A stretch of DNA of 64,000 nucleotides from Escherichia coli. Lineage in GTDB: Bacteria; Pseudomonadota; Gammaproteobacteria; Enterobacterales; Enterobacteriaceae. A program made the position numbers and the translations under genes. The notes under the pieces are model-generated. The model ran no database searches, was not told where the DNA came from, and saw only the letters and a program-made list of their open reading frames with translations. Below, piece after piece: positions 13,692 to 25,423 of the stretch. The stretch is from NCBI RefSeq assembly GCF_030384885.1, contig NZ_CP128613.1, one strand, 5' to 3'. How positions within the stretch are numbered: position 1 is the first letter of the stretch; each line of letters begins with the position of its first letter.

Positions 13692-15436
13692 TGGCCAAAC
13701 TGCATTTTGTGAAGTTGCGCGTAAACGCCACGGTGCTCAAGCAAATCGTTATGCGTACCGCGTTCCACAATGACACCATCCTCGACGACCACGATTTCGT
13801 CTGCCTTTTCAATAGTAGACAAACGGTGGGCAATCACCAGAGAGGTACGGTTTTTCTGCAACTCATCCAGTGCCGCCTGAATCGCACGTTCAGATTCGGT
13901 ATCCAGCGCCGAGGTAGCTTCGTCCAGAATCAGAATCGGGCTATCACGCAACAAGGCTCGAGCGATGGCAATACGCTGACGCTGACCGCCAGAGAGCAGC
14001 ACGCCGTTTTCACCAATCACTGTATCGAGACCGTTATCCATCTTATTGATGAAGTCCATGGCGTAGGCCATACGCGCCGCTTCTTCAATTTGCTCACGGC
14101 TGTACTGTTCTGTCCGTGCGTAAGCAATGTTGTTGGCAACCGTATCGTTAAACAGATGGACATTCTGCGACACCAGAGCAACCTGGTTACGTAAAGACGC
14201 CAGGGTATACTCGCGCAGATCGTGACCATCCATCAGGATTTCGCCTTCATCAATATCGTAAAAACGTGTGATTAGGCTGGCGATGGTTGATTTACCTGAA
14301 CCAGAGCGTCCAACCAGAGCGACCGTTTTTCCTGCCGGAATTTTCAGGTTGATGTTACGCAATGCGGGTACATCACGTCCCGGATAAGTAAAGGTGACAT
14401 TGCGGAATTCTACGTCACCAGTCGCACGTTCGAGCACACGCTTACCTTCGTCTTTCTCCTGCTCACTGTCCAGAATGGTAAACAGCGTCTGACAAGCCGC
14501 CATACCGCGCTGGAATTGGGCGTTAACGTTGGTCAGCGACTTCAGCGGACGCATCAGCGCAATCATTGAAGAGAAAACAACGGTAATCGTACCGGCAGTC
14601 AGGCTATCCATGACGCTAGGGAAGCTCGCCGCATACAGAACAAACGCCAGCGCTAAAGAGGCGATCAACTGAATGATCGGATCAGAGATAGAAGAGGCTG
14701 AAACCATTTTCATCCCCTGAAGACGCATTCGGTTACTGACTTTGTCGAAGCGTTTGGTCTCCACCTCCTGACCACCAAAAATCAATACTTCTTTGTGGCC
14801 CTTCAGCATCTGTTCTGCGCTGGTGGTCACCTGACCCATGGTGTTCTGCATGTTTTTACTGATGTTGCGAAAACGCTTCGATACGACACGAATCGCAATC
14901 GAAACAATCGGTGCCAGCACAATTAAAATGATCGACAGTTGCCAGCTGTAATAGAACATCATGATGAACAGGCCGATGATCGACGCACCTTCACGCACAA
15001 CAGTAATCAATGCGCCAGAAGAAGAAGAAGCAACCTGTTCGGAATCGTAGGTGATACGTGACAACAGCGTACCCGTTGACTGTTTGTCAAAGAATGAAAC
15101 TGGCATTCCCATCATGTGACCAAACAGGCGGCGACGCATGGTCATTACCACCTTTCCTGATACCCAGGAGATACAGTAGCTGGAGACATAGCTGGTGATA
15201 CCACGTAAAATCATCAGCCCGATCACCACCAGCGGCATCCACACCAGCACGGAGCGATCTGTTTTACCAAAGCCATCATCAAGAAGTGGCTTAAGGAGCG
15301 ATAACATGAAGGTATCGCTGGCTGCGTTGAGGATTAACGCTACGCCCGCCACGATCAGACCCGCTTTAAAAGGCGCAATGGTTGGCCACAGTCGGCGGAA
15401 CGTCTGCCACGTAGAGAGATCTTTGTCGTTATGCAT
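13688..15436 (-). CDS. msbA: Lipid A/LPS flippase MsbA (ABC exporter)
   Basis: 582-aa ORF; N-terminal TM domain plus ABC ATPase (Walker [10 protein letters not shown], signature LSGGQRQR). Confidence 0.97.
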   Translation of the reverse strand: MHNDKDLSTWQTFRRLWPTIAPFKAGLIVAGVALILNAASDTFMLSLLKPLLDDGFGKTDRSVLVWMPLVVIGLMILRGITSYVSSYCISWVSGKVVMTMRRRLFGHMMGMPVSFFDKQSTGTLLSRITYDSEQVASSSSGALITVVREGASIIGLFIMMFYYSWQLSIILIVLAPIVSIAIRVVSKRFRNISKNMQNTMGQVTTSAEQMLKGHKEVLIFGGQEVETKRFDKVSNRMRLQGMKMVSASSISDPIIQLIASLALAFVLYAASFPSVMDSLTAGTITVVFSSMIALMRPLKSLTNVNAQFQRGMAACQTLFTILDSEQEKDEGKRVLERATGDVEFRNVTFTYPGRDVPALRNINLKIPAGKTVALVGRSGSGKSTIASLITRFYDIDEGEILMDGHDLREYTLASLRNQVALVSQNVHLFNDTVANNIAYARTEQYSREQIEEAARMAYAMDFINKMDNGLDTVIGENGVLLSGGQRQRIAIARALLRDSPILILDEATSALDTESERAIQAALDELQKNRTSLVIAHRLSTIEKADEIVVVEDGVIVERGTHNDLLEHRGVYAQLHKMQFGQ

Positions 15437-15472
15437 TCAAAAAACCAGCATTTGTTGAAATAGCCGCATATT

Positions 15473-17737
15473 CTACCCGTTATCCACTGGCACGCCAAAC
15501 CACTGATGATACCAACGAGGTAAAATTTGCTCTCTGAGGCTGCTAATCCGCCAGCCTTGCGCTGAAAAATTGACCGTTATTTGACCCTGATGTGGAGTAT
15601 CAAGCCACTTATAACCCTGTTGTTGATAGCGATGTTTAACTTTGCTTGAGGGCAGTCGCCATGCGTTATAGCGCGATGCCGATGCGAGTGCCACTTTTCC
15701 ATTCACTCGCTGAATTAATGGCAACGATGATGAGGTATTACTGCCATGGTGAGGTACCTGAAGTAATATTGCTTGTACTTGCTGCCAGTAACGGCTTAGC
15801 ATCTTTTGTTCAGCGGGGGCTTCAATATCACCGGTTAGAAGAATGCTATTCGTCCCGTCATCAATCTTAACCACACAGGAATGGTTATTTCCTTTATCGT
15901 TGCTACCTTGTAAAGGCCAGTGCGCGCTGAAACGCAATCCTTGCCATTGCCACGCTTCGCCACGCACACAGGGCTGATGATGTTCCCAGTTTAACGGACT
16001 TCGGATCCATAACATCGGCCATGTGTGCAATATTGAGTCCAGCCCTCCCCGGTGATCCAGATGTTCATGACTCAAAATAACGCCTTCCGGTTCAAGATTA
16101 TGCCAGTGGAGCCAGGGGATAATCAGTTGTTGCCCACTATCCCCATCGGGCCAGGCCAGTCCCGTGTCATAGAGAATCGCTTTGCCGTTTCGCGCAATGA
16201 CCATTGCCAGCCCTTGCCCGACATCAAGCATGTACACTTGCCACTCGTCAGGTCGAGGTTTTTGCCACAGCGGCAAGCACATCAGCAAGCCTACAGCCAC
16301 ACACATTGCTGGCAACGTTCGCCAGGCGTTTAATCGCCATACCACCAGTAAGAACCATGGGGAAAATGTTAGCCATTGCCAACGTTCAGCAATGTTGATC
16401 CACCCTTCCGGCAAACTCTTTAACCCCCAGAAAAGTAAAGCCAAAGACCGGTCGGCAAGAAACCATACTCCTTGTTCCACGATTAACGGCCCGCTTAAAT
16501 GCACAACCATCGCGGCGAGAATCAACGGAACCGTGATAAATGTCACCAGGGGAATTGCAAATAGGTTTGCAATAAACGAGGTCAGACTAATGCCATGAAA
16601 TATGACGATTTGCACAGGCATTAGCAGGAGCGTGATTCCAAGTTGTAGATGGATGAGGGAAACAACCGCGCGCAATACCGGCGGCAGCTGCCACTCCGGA
16701 CAGGGAAACCACTGATACCAAAAAATCAGTGCCGCGACCGCAGCGGCAGAGAGCCATAAACTTTGCGAGAGAATGGCAACAGGATCCATCAGCAAAATTG
16801 CCGCCAGACAACATATCCATACATCCCAGCCACTCCATTGTCGTCCACTTAACTTAAGCATTCCCCAAATGGCAAGCGCCACCACGGTACGCAATGCAGG
16901 AGGTTGCATTCCCGTTAGCCAGGCATAAAAAGCAGCACAGCAGATTCCACCAATTAATGGCATTTGCCAGTGGATCCAGCACCCAGGCAGAAAAACTTGC
17001 CCACCGCGAATGAGTCCTGCAGCCAGCAACGCCGCAAAAGCGATGTGCAATCCTGATATCGCCATTAAATGCGCCGTTCCAGTATCACGCATGATATTTT
17101 TGATTTCTTTGGGGACGGATAACCGTTCCCCCATACCTAATCCAAGAATAACCGCGTTCCACATATAGGGTTGCAGCGTTGTTTGTAGTGACGCCAGATA
17201 CTGTGCACGCAGGCTACAATTCGGTTCAATGACACTTGCCTGCAGAAAACGGCCGGTGAGCGGTTGATGCTGGGCAATGGCATAACGCTGGCTATCAAAG
17301 CCGCCATCATTAAGTTGGCCATGAACTGCACGAACTTTGAGTTTCATTGACCATACTTGTCCGGCACAAACCGCTTGCGGAAGATATTCGCCATACAGTA
17401 CGAGGCCTGGCGCAGGGAATATACGTCGACCTTGTAGATGAGTAATTTGACCGTAATGAGTGGTCATGCCGTCAGTAGCAATGATCTCAACAATTGCATC
17501 CTGCGTCGAGCCAGTTAAGGTTTCTCCTGCCCACAAAATTTGCTTTGCTGCTAATATGCCCCAAACGAAAAACAGCAACGTCAGCGCGATATAACGGACG
17601 GCTTTAACACGAATAAATGCCAGTACGCAGGCGAAGACAGTCAGAAACGCAAGGGTTAATGTCCCAGGCAATTGGGGCAAAACCAGCAACGGAAAAATTC
17701 CGCAAATTATGCATACGCCGACTGTCGTTATTTTCAT
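15473..17737 (-). CDS. ycaI: ComEC/Rec2-family DNA internalisation channel homologue YcaI
   Basis: Track ORF 780 aa; start taken at ATG 17737 (MKITTVGVCIICGIF..., 754 aa) with GGGAGG upstream; polytopic membrane domain plus C-terminal metallo-beta-lactamase-like region (HEHLDH). Confidence 0.9.
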   Translation of the reverse strand: MKITTVGVCIICGIFPLLVLPQLPGTLTLAFLTVFACVLAFIRVKAVRYIALTLLFFVWGILAAKQILWAGETLTGSTQDAIVEIIATDGMTTHYGQITHLQGRRIFPAPGLVLYGEYLPQAVCAGQVWSMKLKVRAVHGQLNDGGFDSQRYAIAQHQPLTGRFLQASVIEPNCSLRAQYLASLQTTLQPYMWNAVILGLGMGERLSVPKEIKNIMRDTGTAHLMAISGLHIAFAALLAAGLIRGGQVFLPGCWIHWQMPLIGGICCAAFYAWLTGMQPPALRTVVALAIWGMLKLSGRQWSGWDVWICCLAAILLMDPVAILSQSLWLSAAAVAALIFWYQWFPCPEWQLPPVLRAVVSLIHLQLGITLLLMPVQIVIFHGISLTSFIANLFAIPLVTFITVPLILAAMVVHLSGPLIVEQGVWFLADRSLALLFWGLKSLPEGWINIAERWQWLTFSPWFLLVVWRLNAWRTLPAMCVAVGLLMCLPLWQKPRPDEWQVYMLDVGQGLAMVIARNGKAILYDTGLAWPDGDSGQQLIIPWLHWHNLEPEGVILSHEHLDHRGGLDSILHTWPMLWIRSPLNWEHHQPCVRGEAWQWQGLRFSAHWPLQGSNDKGNNHSCVVKIDDGTNSILLTGDIEAPAEQKMLSRYWQQVQAILLQVPHHGSNTSSSLPLIQRVNGKVALASASRYNAWRLPSSKVKHRYQQQGYKWLDTPHQGQITVNFSAQGWRISSLREQILPRWYHQWFGVPVDNG

Positions 17738-17892
17738 GCACCCCTCCCTGTTTATGGAAAGTGTGCAACTTTGTTGAGCGGTTGTCTGGTGGGAGTTTTG
17801 CGTTCCCCGAGGCACGTTCAGAAGAATTTAACGAGAGGGTGAAAACTGTTCAAAACTCTGCGAGGCAGCTTCCAGTTCCAGATTAGAGAAAT

Positions 17893-17919
17893 GAAAAAAG
17901 CACCCGACAGGTGCTTTTC
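17893..17919 (-). terminator. Intrinsic terminator downstream of ihfB
   Basis: Hairpin gcacc-cgaca-ggtgc flanked by A6 on the plus strand (T6 on the minus strand), 25 nt after the ihfB stop. Confidence 0.7.
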
Positions 17920-17943
17920 TCGCGTTCAAGTTTGAGTAAAAAC

Positions 17944-18228
17944 TTAACCGTAAATATTGGCGCGATCGCGCAGTTCTTTACCTGGTTTAAAGTGAGGAAC
18001 GTATTTTCCTTCCAGTTCTACTTTATCGCCAGTCTTCGGATTACGTCCGGTACGTGGTGCGCGGTAGTGCAAAGAGAAACTGCCGAAACCGCGGATTTCA
18101 ATACGCTCGCCCTGCGCAAGAGTCGAGGCCATATGCTCCAGCATCTCTTTTACTGCATCTTCAACCGTCTTGGCGGGAATGTGCGATTGCTGGGTGGCAA
18201 GTCTTTCTATCAATTCTGACTTGGTCAT
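17944..18228 (-). CDS. ihfB: Integration host factor beta subunit
   Basis: 94-aa [23 protein letters not shown]...; GGAGG upstream. Confidence 0.97.
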
Positions 18229-18339
18229 GATTCCTCCGGTTCCTTAAAGGCAAATTTAGCGGCTGCTGTTGCTGCATTGATTAAGGGCGGCCGTAGCCGC
18301 CCTTAGTGCTTGATTACAGGACGAAACCTGCAATCTGTC

Positions 18340-18377
18340 AAGTAAACTCAACAAACTTCGGAATAAAAATCCCGAAG
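18340..18377 (-). terminator. Intrinsic terminator downstream of rpsA
   Basis: Hairpin cttcgg...ccgaag 11 nt after the rpsA stop, followed on the minus strand by a T-rich tract. Confidence 0.6.
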
Positions 18378-18387
18378 AGTCAGAGAA

Positions 18388-20061
18388 TTACTCGCCTTTA
18401 GCTGCTTTGAAAGCTTCAGCCATTGCGTTGTTGGAGAAGTTTGCATCTTCCTGTTTGTTAACAGTTGCGATTGCATCTTTCTCGTCAGCTTCGTCTTTCG
18501 CACGAACAGACAGGCTGATTGCGCGGTTTTTACGATCAACGCCGGTGAATTTAGCTTCAACTTCGTCGCCAACGCTCAGAACCAAGGTAGCGTCTTCAAC
18601 GCGGTCACGGGATGCTTCAGAAGCACGCAGGTAACCTTCAACGCCGTCAGCCAGTTCTACGGTTGCGCCTTTAGCGTCAACTGCAGTTACTTTACCGGTT
18701 ACGATAGCGCCTTTCTTGTTCAGAGCAACCCAGTTGTTGAACGGATCTTCTGCGAGCTGTTTAACGCCCAGGGAGATACGTTCACGTTCTGCGTCAACCT
18801 GCAGAACAACTGCAGCGATTTCGTCGCCTTTTTTGTATTCACGAACTGCTTCTTCGCCTGCAACGTTCCAGGAGATGTCAGACAGGTGAACCAGGCCGTC
18901 GATGCCGCCGTCCAGGCCGATGAAGATACCGAAGTCAGTGATAGACTTGATTTTACCTTCAACACGGTCACCCTTGTTGTGGGTTTCCGCGAACTGCTGC
19001 CACGGGTTAGCTTTGCACTGTTTCAGACCCAGGGAGATACGACGACGTTCTTCGTCGATATCCAGAACCATAACTTCCACGACATCGCCAACGTTAACAA
19101 CTTTGGACGGGTGGATGTTTTTGTTGGTCCAATCCATTTCGGAAACGTGTACCAGGCCTTCAACGCCTTCTTCGATTTCAACGAAGCAGCCGTAGTCGGT
19201 CAGGTTGGTCACGCGACCAGTCAGTTTGGTACCTTCCGGATAACGTTTAGCGATAGCTACCCACGGATCTTCGCCCAGCTGTTTCAGGCCCAGGGATACA
19301 CGGGTACGTTCGCGGTCGAACTTCAGCACTTTAACAGTGATTTCGTCGCCCACGTTGACGATTTCGCTTGGATGCTTAACGCGTTTCCAGGCCATATCAG
19401 TGATGTGCAGCAGGCCGTCAACGCCGCCCAGATCAACGAATGCACCGTAGTCAGTGAGGTTCTTAACGATACCTTTAACTTCCATGCCTTCCTGCAGGTT
19501 TTCCAGCAGCTGATCGCGCTCTGCGCTGTTTTCGGATTCGATAACGGCACGACGAGAAACAACAACGTTGTTGCGCTTCTGATCCAGCTTGATTACTTTG
19601 AATTCAAGCTCTTTGCCTTCCAGGTGCAGAGTGTCACGCACCGGACGAACGTCTACCAGAGAACCTGGCAGGAACGCACGAATACCGTTCAGCTCAACAG
19701 TGAAGCCGCCCTTAACTTTGCCGTTGATAACACCGGTAACAGTTTCAGCATCTTCGTAAGCTTTTTCCAGCGTGATCCAGGCTTCGTGACGTTTAGCTTT
19801 CTCACGGGACAGCAGAGTTTCACCGAAGCCGTCTTCTACTGCGTCCAGAGCAACGTCAACTTCGTCACCTACCTGGATTTCCAGCTCGCCCTGGGCGTTT
19901 TTGAACTGCTCAGCCGGGATGGCGGACTCAGATTTCAGACCAGCGTCAACCAGTACTACGTCTTTGTCGATAGCAACAACAACGCCACGAACGATAGAAC
20001 CCGGGCGGGTTTCGATTTCTTTTAAGGACTCTTCAAAGAGTTGAGCAAAAGATTCAGTCAT
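18388..20061 (-). CDS. rpsA: 30S ribosomal protein S1
   Basis: 557-aa ORF with repeated S1 domains; strong codon bias, which leaves long stop-free antisense frames. Confidence 0.98.
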
Positions 20062-20171
20062 GTTTAATCTTCAGGTTTATATTTAACGTCCACCTGGCTC
20101 CATGCCGGATGGGGTTGTTTAACATACCCGCTGTCATTCCATTGCAACGGGGGTACTGCAAATTCGGTCGC

Positions 20172-20855
20172 TTATGCGAGAGCCAATTTCTGGCGCGCGT
20201 ATTGTAGCGCTTTTTCAATCACTTGCTCAATGCTTAAGGTGGTGGAATCCAACACTAAAGCATCGGCTGCCGGAACCAGTGGCGCTACCGCTCGGTTACG
20301 ATCGCGGTCGTCGCGTTCTTTGATCTCGGCCAAAAGGCGCTCAAAGTTAACACTAAAGCCCTTCTCCTGCAACTGTAGCATGCGGCGATGCGCACGTTCT
20401 TCCGAGGAGGCGTCAAGGAAAATTTTCACTGGCGCATCAGGGAATACCACCGTTCCCATATCGCGGCCATCGGCAATCAAGCCTGGTAATTCGCGAAACG
20501 CGCGTTGGCGACGCAATAATGCTTCACGAACGCGTGGGAATGCCGCGACTTGTGAAGCAGCATTCGCCACTTCCTGAGTACGAATTTCGCCGCTGACATC
20601 TTCCCCTTCGAGGATCACTTCCAGATTGCCATTGGTCGACACAAAACGGACATCCAGATGGGATGCCAGCGGCACGAGCGCATCTTCCGATGCAACATCA
20701 ACATGGTGATGTAATGCCGCCAGTGCCAGTACGCGATAAATTGCACCCGAGTCCAGCAGATGCCATTGCAACGCTTCCGCCATAGCCTTACACAAGGTGC
20801 CTTTCCCTGCACCGCTTGGGCCATCAATGGTAATAACCGGGGCAATTGCCGTCAT
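20172..20855 (-). CDS. cmk: Cytidylate kinase
   Basis: 227-aa ORF; P-loop GPSGAGKGT. Confidence 0.96.
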
Positions 20856-21027
20856 CTTTATCTCCTTAAAACAGGCGTACCGTTAACATAACCGCGCGCA
20901 TTATACGCGCCGACGCCACAAATCGTTAACGTTGTGTGCAAAAACCAGTTTTGTCTGTATTCAGATGGGGATTTATTGCGCAATTATAGCGGGCTGGCAG
21001 AAGACCAGCCCGAAAGATGACAATGAT

Positions 21028-21792
21028 TTACTTACCAGAGGCGATACGATCACGGATGTGTTGCGCACGCTCTGTTGATGGTGGGTGAGAGTCAAACATG
21101 GACTGGGTACGGCCGCCATCCAGGCTGGCCAATTTTTCAAAGCTGCCAACCAGCCCCTGGGTGCTGATGCCACGTTTCTTCAACAGATCAAAGGAGAAAT
21201 CATCTGCTTCGGACTCTTTATCGCGGGAGTATTTAGCATTGATCGCGCCTTCTGCGATATCACCTAATTGTGAGCGAGAAAGCTGGGAAGCCACACCGCT
21301 GGTAGCGGAAATCGCATCACGTGCGGCAACGATCGCATAAGAAGCTTTCATTTCAGCCAGCGAGTGACCCAACGCGACGTGGCCCAGTTCATGACCCAGA
21401 ACGCCTTCAATTTCGTTGTCGTTCATCATGTCCATCAGGCCACTATAGACACGAACACAGCCGTTCGCCATCGCCCATGCGTTGACGTCGCTGGTCATAT
21501 AAACCTTATAGTTGACCGGCGTGCCATTAATATTGTTACCCAATGCTTTGGCGATTTTTGCCAGACGTTTACCGTACTTGCTGGATTTACTTGCGACTTG
21601 ATTGCCGCTGTCCATTTCGGCACAGCCCTGATTGGCAATCGCTTTTGCATCAGCATCGCTTAACGTTGCTGCTTTATAGGCATTTAAACCTGAGCTGATA
21701 GCCATATTGGTATCAATACCGTGGGTATTCTGACACCCTGTCAGTAAAGCTGCAGAGGCCGCAATCGCCAGCAGTAATTTAGTATTCTTCAT
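21028..21792 (-). CDS. ycaL: M48-family metalloprotease lipoprotein YcaL
   Basis: Track ORF 262 aa; start taken at ATG 21792 (MKNTKLLLAIAASAALLTGC, lipobox); HELGH zinc motif. Confidence 0.88.
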   Translation of the reverse strand: MKNTKLLLAIAASAALLTGCQNTHGIDTNMAISSGLNAYKAATLSDADAKAIANQGCAEMDSGNQVASKSSKYGKRLAKIAKALGNNINGTPVNYKVYMTSDVNAWAMANGCVRVYSGLMDMMNDNEIEGVLGHELGHVALGHSLAEMKASYAIVAARDAISATSGVASQLSRSQLGDIAEGAINAKYSRDKESEADDFSFDLLKKRGISTQGLVGSFEKLASLDGGRTQSMFDSHPPSTERAQHIRDRIASGK

Positions 21793-21898
21793 GTGAATCA
21801 TCCGTTGATTAATCATATATAAATATTATGTATCAATAACTTACATTGACAAACGACGCTACCATTAATCAAAATGACTCACAAGGTCCGAAAAAAAA

Positions 21899-21925
21899 CG
21901 CCGGCAATGTGCCGACGTTTTGATA
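21899..21925 (-). terminator. Intrinsic terminator downstream of aroA
   Basis: Hairpin cgccggca-atg-tgccgacg flanked by A8 on the plus strand (T8 on the minus strand), about 35 nt after the aroA stop. Confidence 0.7.
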
Positions 21926-21960
21926 AAGAAAGATTTGGCTATTTATTGCACGTTGTTCAT

Positions 21961-23244
21961 TCAGGCTGCCTGGCTAATCCGCGCCAGCTGCTCGAAATAA
22001 TCCGGAAATGTTTTGGCCGTGCATTTGGGATCAAGAATCGTCACTGGTGTATCTGACAACGCCACCAGCGAGAAACACATCGCCATCCGGTGATCATTGT
22101 ATGTTGCGATCTCGGCAAAGTTCAGTTTTTCCGGTGGAGTGATACGAATGTAATCGTGCCCCTCTTCTACTTCCGCACCAACTTTACGCAGTTCTGTTGC
22201 CATCGCAAACAGGCGATCGGTCTCTTTAACACGCCAGTTATAGATATTGCGCAGCGTGGTGGTGCCTTTTGCAAATAACGCCGCCGTGGCAATGGTCATC
22301 GCCGCATCAGGAATATGGTTCATATCCATATCAATAGCGTTCAGTTCACCCCGCGTGCAGGAAATATAATCATCGCCCCAGCAAATGGTCGCGCCCATTT
22401 TTTCCAGCACATCAGCAAAGCGAATATCACCCTGCATACTGTTGCGTCCAATGCCGGTCACTTTTACAGTGCCGCCTTTGATTGCTGCTGCTGCCAGGAA
22501 GTAAGAAGCCGAAGATGCATCGCCTTCGACCAAATAAGTACCCGGAGACTGATAAGACTGCCCGCCTTTTACGACAAATTGTTGATAGTGCTGATTTTCA
22601 ATTTCAACACCAAACGTCTTCATCAGATTGAGTGTGATGTCGATATAAGGTTTAGAGACCAGATCGCCTTTAATACGAATCACCGTATCTTCCGGCGCAA
22701 GAGGCGCAGTCATTAACAGTGCGGTGAGAAACTGACTGGAAACGGAGCCATCAACGTCAACGTTGCCGCCAGTAAAGCCGCCCTGTAAACGCAATGGTGG
22801 ATAATTTTCTTGTTCCAGGTAAGTGATCTTCGCCCCACCCAGGCGCAGCGCATCCACCAGATGACCAATGGGGCGTTCTTTCATACGCGGTTCACCGGTC
22901 AGCACAATATCATTGCTACCCAGACAAAGAGCTGCCGCCAGCGGACGCATTGCCGTTCCGGCGTTACCGAGGAACAACTCCAGGGCACTTTTTGCGTGTA
23001 ATGGACCGCCGTTACCGATGATTTCGCAACGCGTACGATCGGCTGAAAGCGTATAGCTTACCCCTAACGCTGTTAATGCATTCAGCATATGGCGCACGTC
23101 ATCGCTATCCAGCAGATTGGTTAATACTGTTTTGCCGTGTGCTAATGCCGCCAGCAATAAAGCGCGGTTAGAAACGCTCTTGGAACCGGGCAGATTAATG
23201 GTGCCATCGACACGAGCGATGGGTTGTAACGTCAGGGATTCCAT
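21961..23244 (-). CDS. aroA: 3-phosphoshikimate 1-carboxyvinyltransferase (EPSP synthase)
   Basis: 427-aa [26 protein letters not shown]... Confidence 0.97.
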   Translation of the reverse strand: MESLTLQPIARVDGTINLPGSKSVSNRALLLAALAHGKTVLTNLLDSDDVRHMLNALTALGVSYTLSADRTRCEIIGNGGPLHAKSALELFLGNAGTAMRPLAAALCLGSNDIVLTGEPRMKERPIGHLVDALRLGGAKITYLEQENYPPLRLQGGFTGGNVDVDGSVSSQFLTALLMTAPLAPEDTVIRIKGDLVSKPYIDITLNLMKTFGVEIENQHYQQFVVKGGQSYQSPGTYLVEGDASSASYFLAAAAIKGGTVKVTGIGRNSMQGDIRFADVLEKMGATICWGDDYISCTRGELNAIDMDMNHIPDAAMTIATAALFAKGTTTLRNIYNWRVKETDRLFAMATELRKVGAEVEEGHDYIRITPPEKLNFAEIATYNDHRMAMCFSLVALSDTPVTILDPKCTAKTFPDYFEQLARISQAA

Positions 23245-23267
23245 GAACTCAACTCTCTACAACAGAA

Positions 23268-23295
23268 ATAAAAACCCCACAGGCTGGCTGTGGGG
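23268..23295 (-). terminator. Intercistronic hairpin/partial terminator between serC and aroA
   Basis: Perfect 8-bp stem ccccacag/ctgtgggg followed on the minus strand by TTTTTATTT, within the 70-bp serC-aroA spacer. Confidence 0.65.
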
Positions 23296-23314
23296 ATTAA
23301 GCAAAATTTCGGCA

Positions 23315-24403
23315 TTAGCCGTGACGGCGTTCGAACTCAATCATGAAGTCTGTCAGCGCTTTAACGCCTTCCAGAGGCATTGCGTTATAAATTGACGCAC
23401 GCATACCGCCGACCACACGATGCCCTTTCAGGGCATGCAGCCCCGCAGCAAAAGACTCTTCAAGGAACAATTTGTCAAGCGCACTGTCCGCCAACTGGAA
23501 CGGCACGTTCATCCGCGAACGGTTAGCTTTCGCCACGTCATTGCGGTAGAAATCGCTGTTATCAATCACCCCATACAGCAGTTCTGCTTTTTGCTGATTG
23601 ATTTTATCCATTGCAGCCACGCCGCCGTTCGCTTTCAGCCATTTGAATACCAGACCGGACAGGTACCAGGCAAATGTCGGCGGCGTGTTAAACATGGAGT
23701 CGTTATCGTTAAGGATGGAATAATCCAGAATCGACGGACAAGCGATATTCGCTTTACCCAGTAAGTCTTCACGAACGATGACGATTGTCAGGCCCGCCGG
23801 GCCGATATTTTTCTGTGCGCCAGCATAAATCACACCGTAACGACTGACGTCAATTGGACGGGAAAGAATCGTTGAAGAGAAGTCGGCTGCAACCACCACT
23901 TCTTTACCAAAGTCTGGCGTTTCGTCGATGGCGATACCATCGATGGTCTCATTTGGGCAGTAATGCATATAAGCGGCATTATCAGAGAGCTGCCATTCAC
24001 GCATTGGCTTAACCGCACGAAGACCATCAACAGTCACTTTGGCGTCAAAGACATTTGGCTTGCAGTATTTTTTCGCTTCTTTAATGGCACTTGCCGCCCA
24101 GTAACCGGCATCAACATAATCTGCAGTGGTTTTATCACCAAGAATATTCAACGGTACTGCAGCAAATTGACCGCGACCACCGCCGTGGCAGAACAATACT
24201 TTATAGTTGGAGGGGATATTAAGAAGATCGCGAAAATCCTTCTCGGCTTCCTCTGCAACCTGAATGAACTCTTTACCACGGTGGCTCACTTCCATCACCG
24301 ACGTACCAAGACCGTTCCAGTCGCGCAGTTCCTGTTGAGCCTGTTTAAGCACCTCTGCCGGTAGCATTGCCGGACCAGAACTAAAATTGAAGATTTGAGC
24401 CAT
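23315..24403 (-). CDS. serC: Phosphoserine aminotransferase
   Basis: 362-aa [23 protein letters not shown]... Confidence 0.97.
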   Translation of the reverse strand: MAQIFNFSSGPAMLPAEVLKQAQQELRDWNGLGTSVMEVSHRGKEFIQVAEEAEKDFRDLLNIPSNYKVLFCHGGGRGQFAAVPLNILGDKTTADYVDAGYWAASAIKEAKKYCKPNVFDAKVTVDGLRAVKPMREWQLSDNAAYMHYCPNETIDGIAIDETPDFGKEVVVAADFSSTILSRPIDVSRYGVIYAGAQKNIGPAGLTIVIVREDLLGKANIACPSILDYSILNDNDSMFNTPPTFAWYLSGLVFKWLKANGGVAAMDKINQQKAELLYGVIDNSDFYRNDVAKANRSRMNVPFQLADSALDKLFLEESFAAGLHALKGHRVVGGMRASIYNAMPLEGVKALTDFMIEFERRHG

Positions 24404-24601
24404 TTCCCCTCACCACGTTGCGTTGCCATTAACCCACGGACAATCGATTGCGACCGCGGGTAATACATTATTCCTGTGGCTATCGGTTTTATCATTCAGT
24501 GGCGCGCATCGCAATGGGTAAAACAGTCGAGGGCAAAAATGCGGCACGCGTCACACAATAGAATCTCTCGGATTATTGTCCAAAAACCGATTTTTTTGCT
24601 G

Positions 24602-25294
24602 TCAGGTCACCCGTTTAGCCCGACTTGCCTTCGTCCATTCTGGATTTGCACAGCGCGGACATAATTGTTTTTCCCCTGCATTCATATGAATGATCTCACT
24701 GCAACGGATGCAAGCATAGTCCGCCGACTCAGGCACCACTTTGTAACGCTGAGTACAGTCACTGGGTAAAATAAGTAATCCCGGTTTGACCTTGTCATCT
24801 TCAAAGAAATAGACACTGATTTGCCCGTTGGTTTCGAGAATCGCCAGACGTACCTGCCCCAACTGCTCCACTCCACGCAGTCGCAGCTCCATAAAGAACT
24901 CAAATTCCGTCATGTTGGAGTTATTAAGTTTCGACCAGGCCAGCTCACCATCCTCAATAATGACAACCGGCTTGCCTTCCAGAAGATCCTCCAGTTTTTC
25001 ACTGTGCGCCATCAACCACATTACCAGACGGTATAACAACGCCAGAGTAATAAAGACGATAAGCACCGGAACCATCGGCACATCATCATAAAACGCCACA
25101 TCCCCCGCCGCTGACCCCAGCGTCAGAATGATTAACACTTCAAACAGCGACATCTGCCGCACACCGCGTCTGCCGGTCATTTTGAGGAACAAAAAAACCA
25201 GTACAAAGGTATAAAGACTACGTAGTGCAACTTCGCCAAGGAAATCAAAAGGCACTTTATCAAATGCCATACGGTGGAGATCGAATGCCTTCAT
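24602..25294 (-). CDS. ycaP: DUF421-family inner membrane protein YcaP
   Basis: 230-aa ORF with N-terminal TM helices; synteny. Confidence 0.85.
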   Translation of the reverse strand: MKAFDLHRMAFDKVPFDFLGEVALRSLYTFVLVFLFLKMTGRRGVRQMSLFEVLIILTLGSAAGDVAFYDDVPMVPVLIVFITLALLYRLVMWLMAHSEKLEDLLEGKPVVIIEDGELAWSKLNNSNMTEFEFFMELRLRGVEQLGQVRLAILETNGQISVYFFEDDKVKPGLLILPSDCTQRYKVVPESADYACIRCSEIIHMNAGEKQLCPRCANPEWTKASRAKRVT

Positions 25295-25423
25295 TTTTAT
25301 GCTCTTATCGTGGTTTATCCGCTAAAAGCATAGTCAACAGTTCATCTGCCTGGCGGCGGTGATAGCGCCTTTGAGATAAAACCCGTATTATTGCGCGCTT
25401 TCCGTACGACTAAAGTGATTTTC

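Noticed and set aside
17911-18219. 102-aa plus-strand ORF overlapping ihfB
   Set aside because: It is fully antisense to the well-supported ihfB CDS and has no RBS or recognisable domain.
18283-18305. Second hairpin (agggcggc-cgta-gccgccct) between the rpsA terminator and ihfB
   Set aside because: It has a good stem but no adjacent T-tract on either strand; it may be an RNA processing or protein-binding structure in the ihfB promoter region, but I cannot assign a function from sequence alone.
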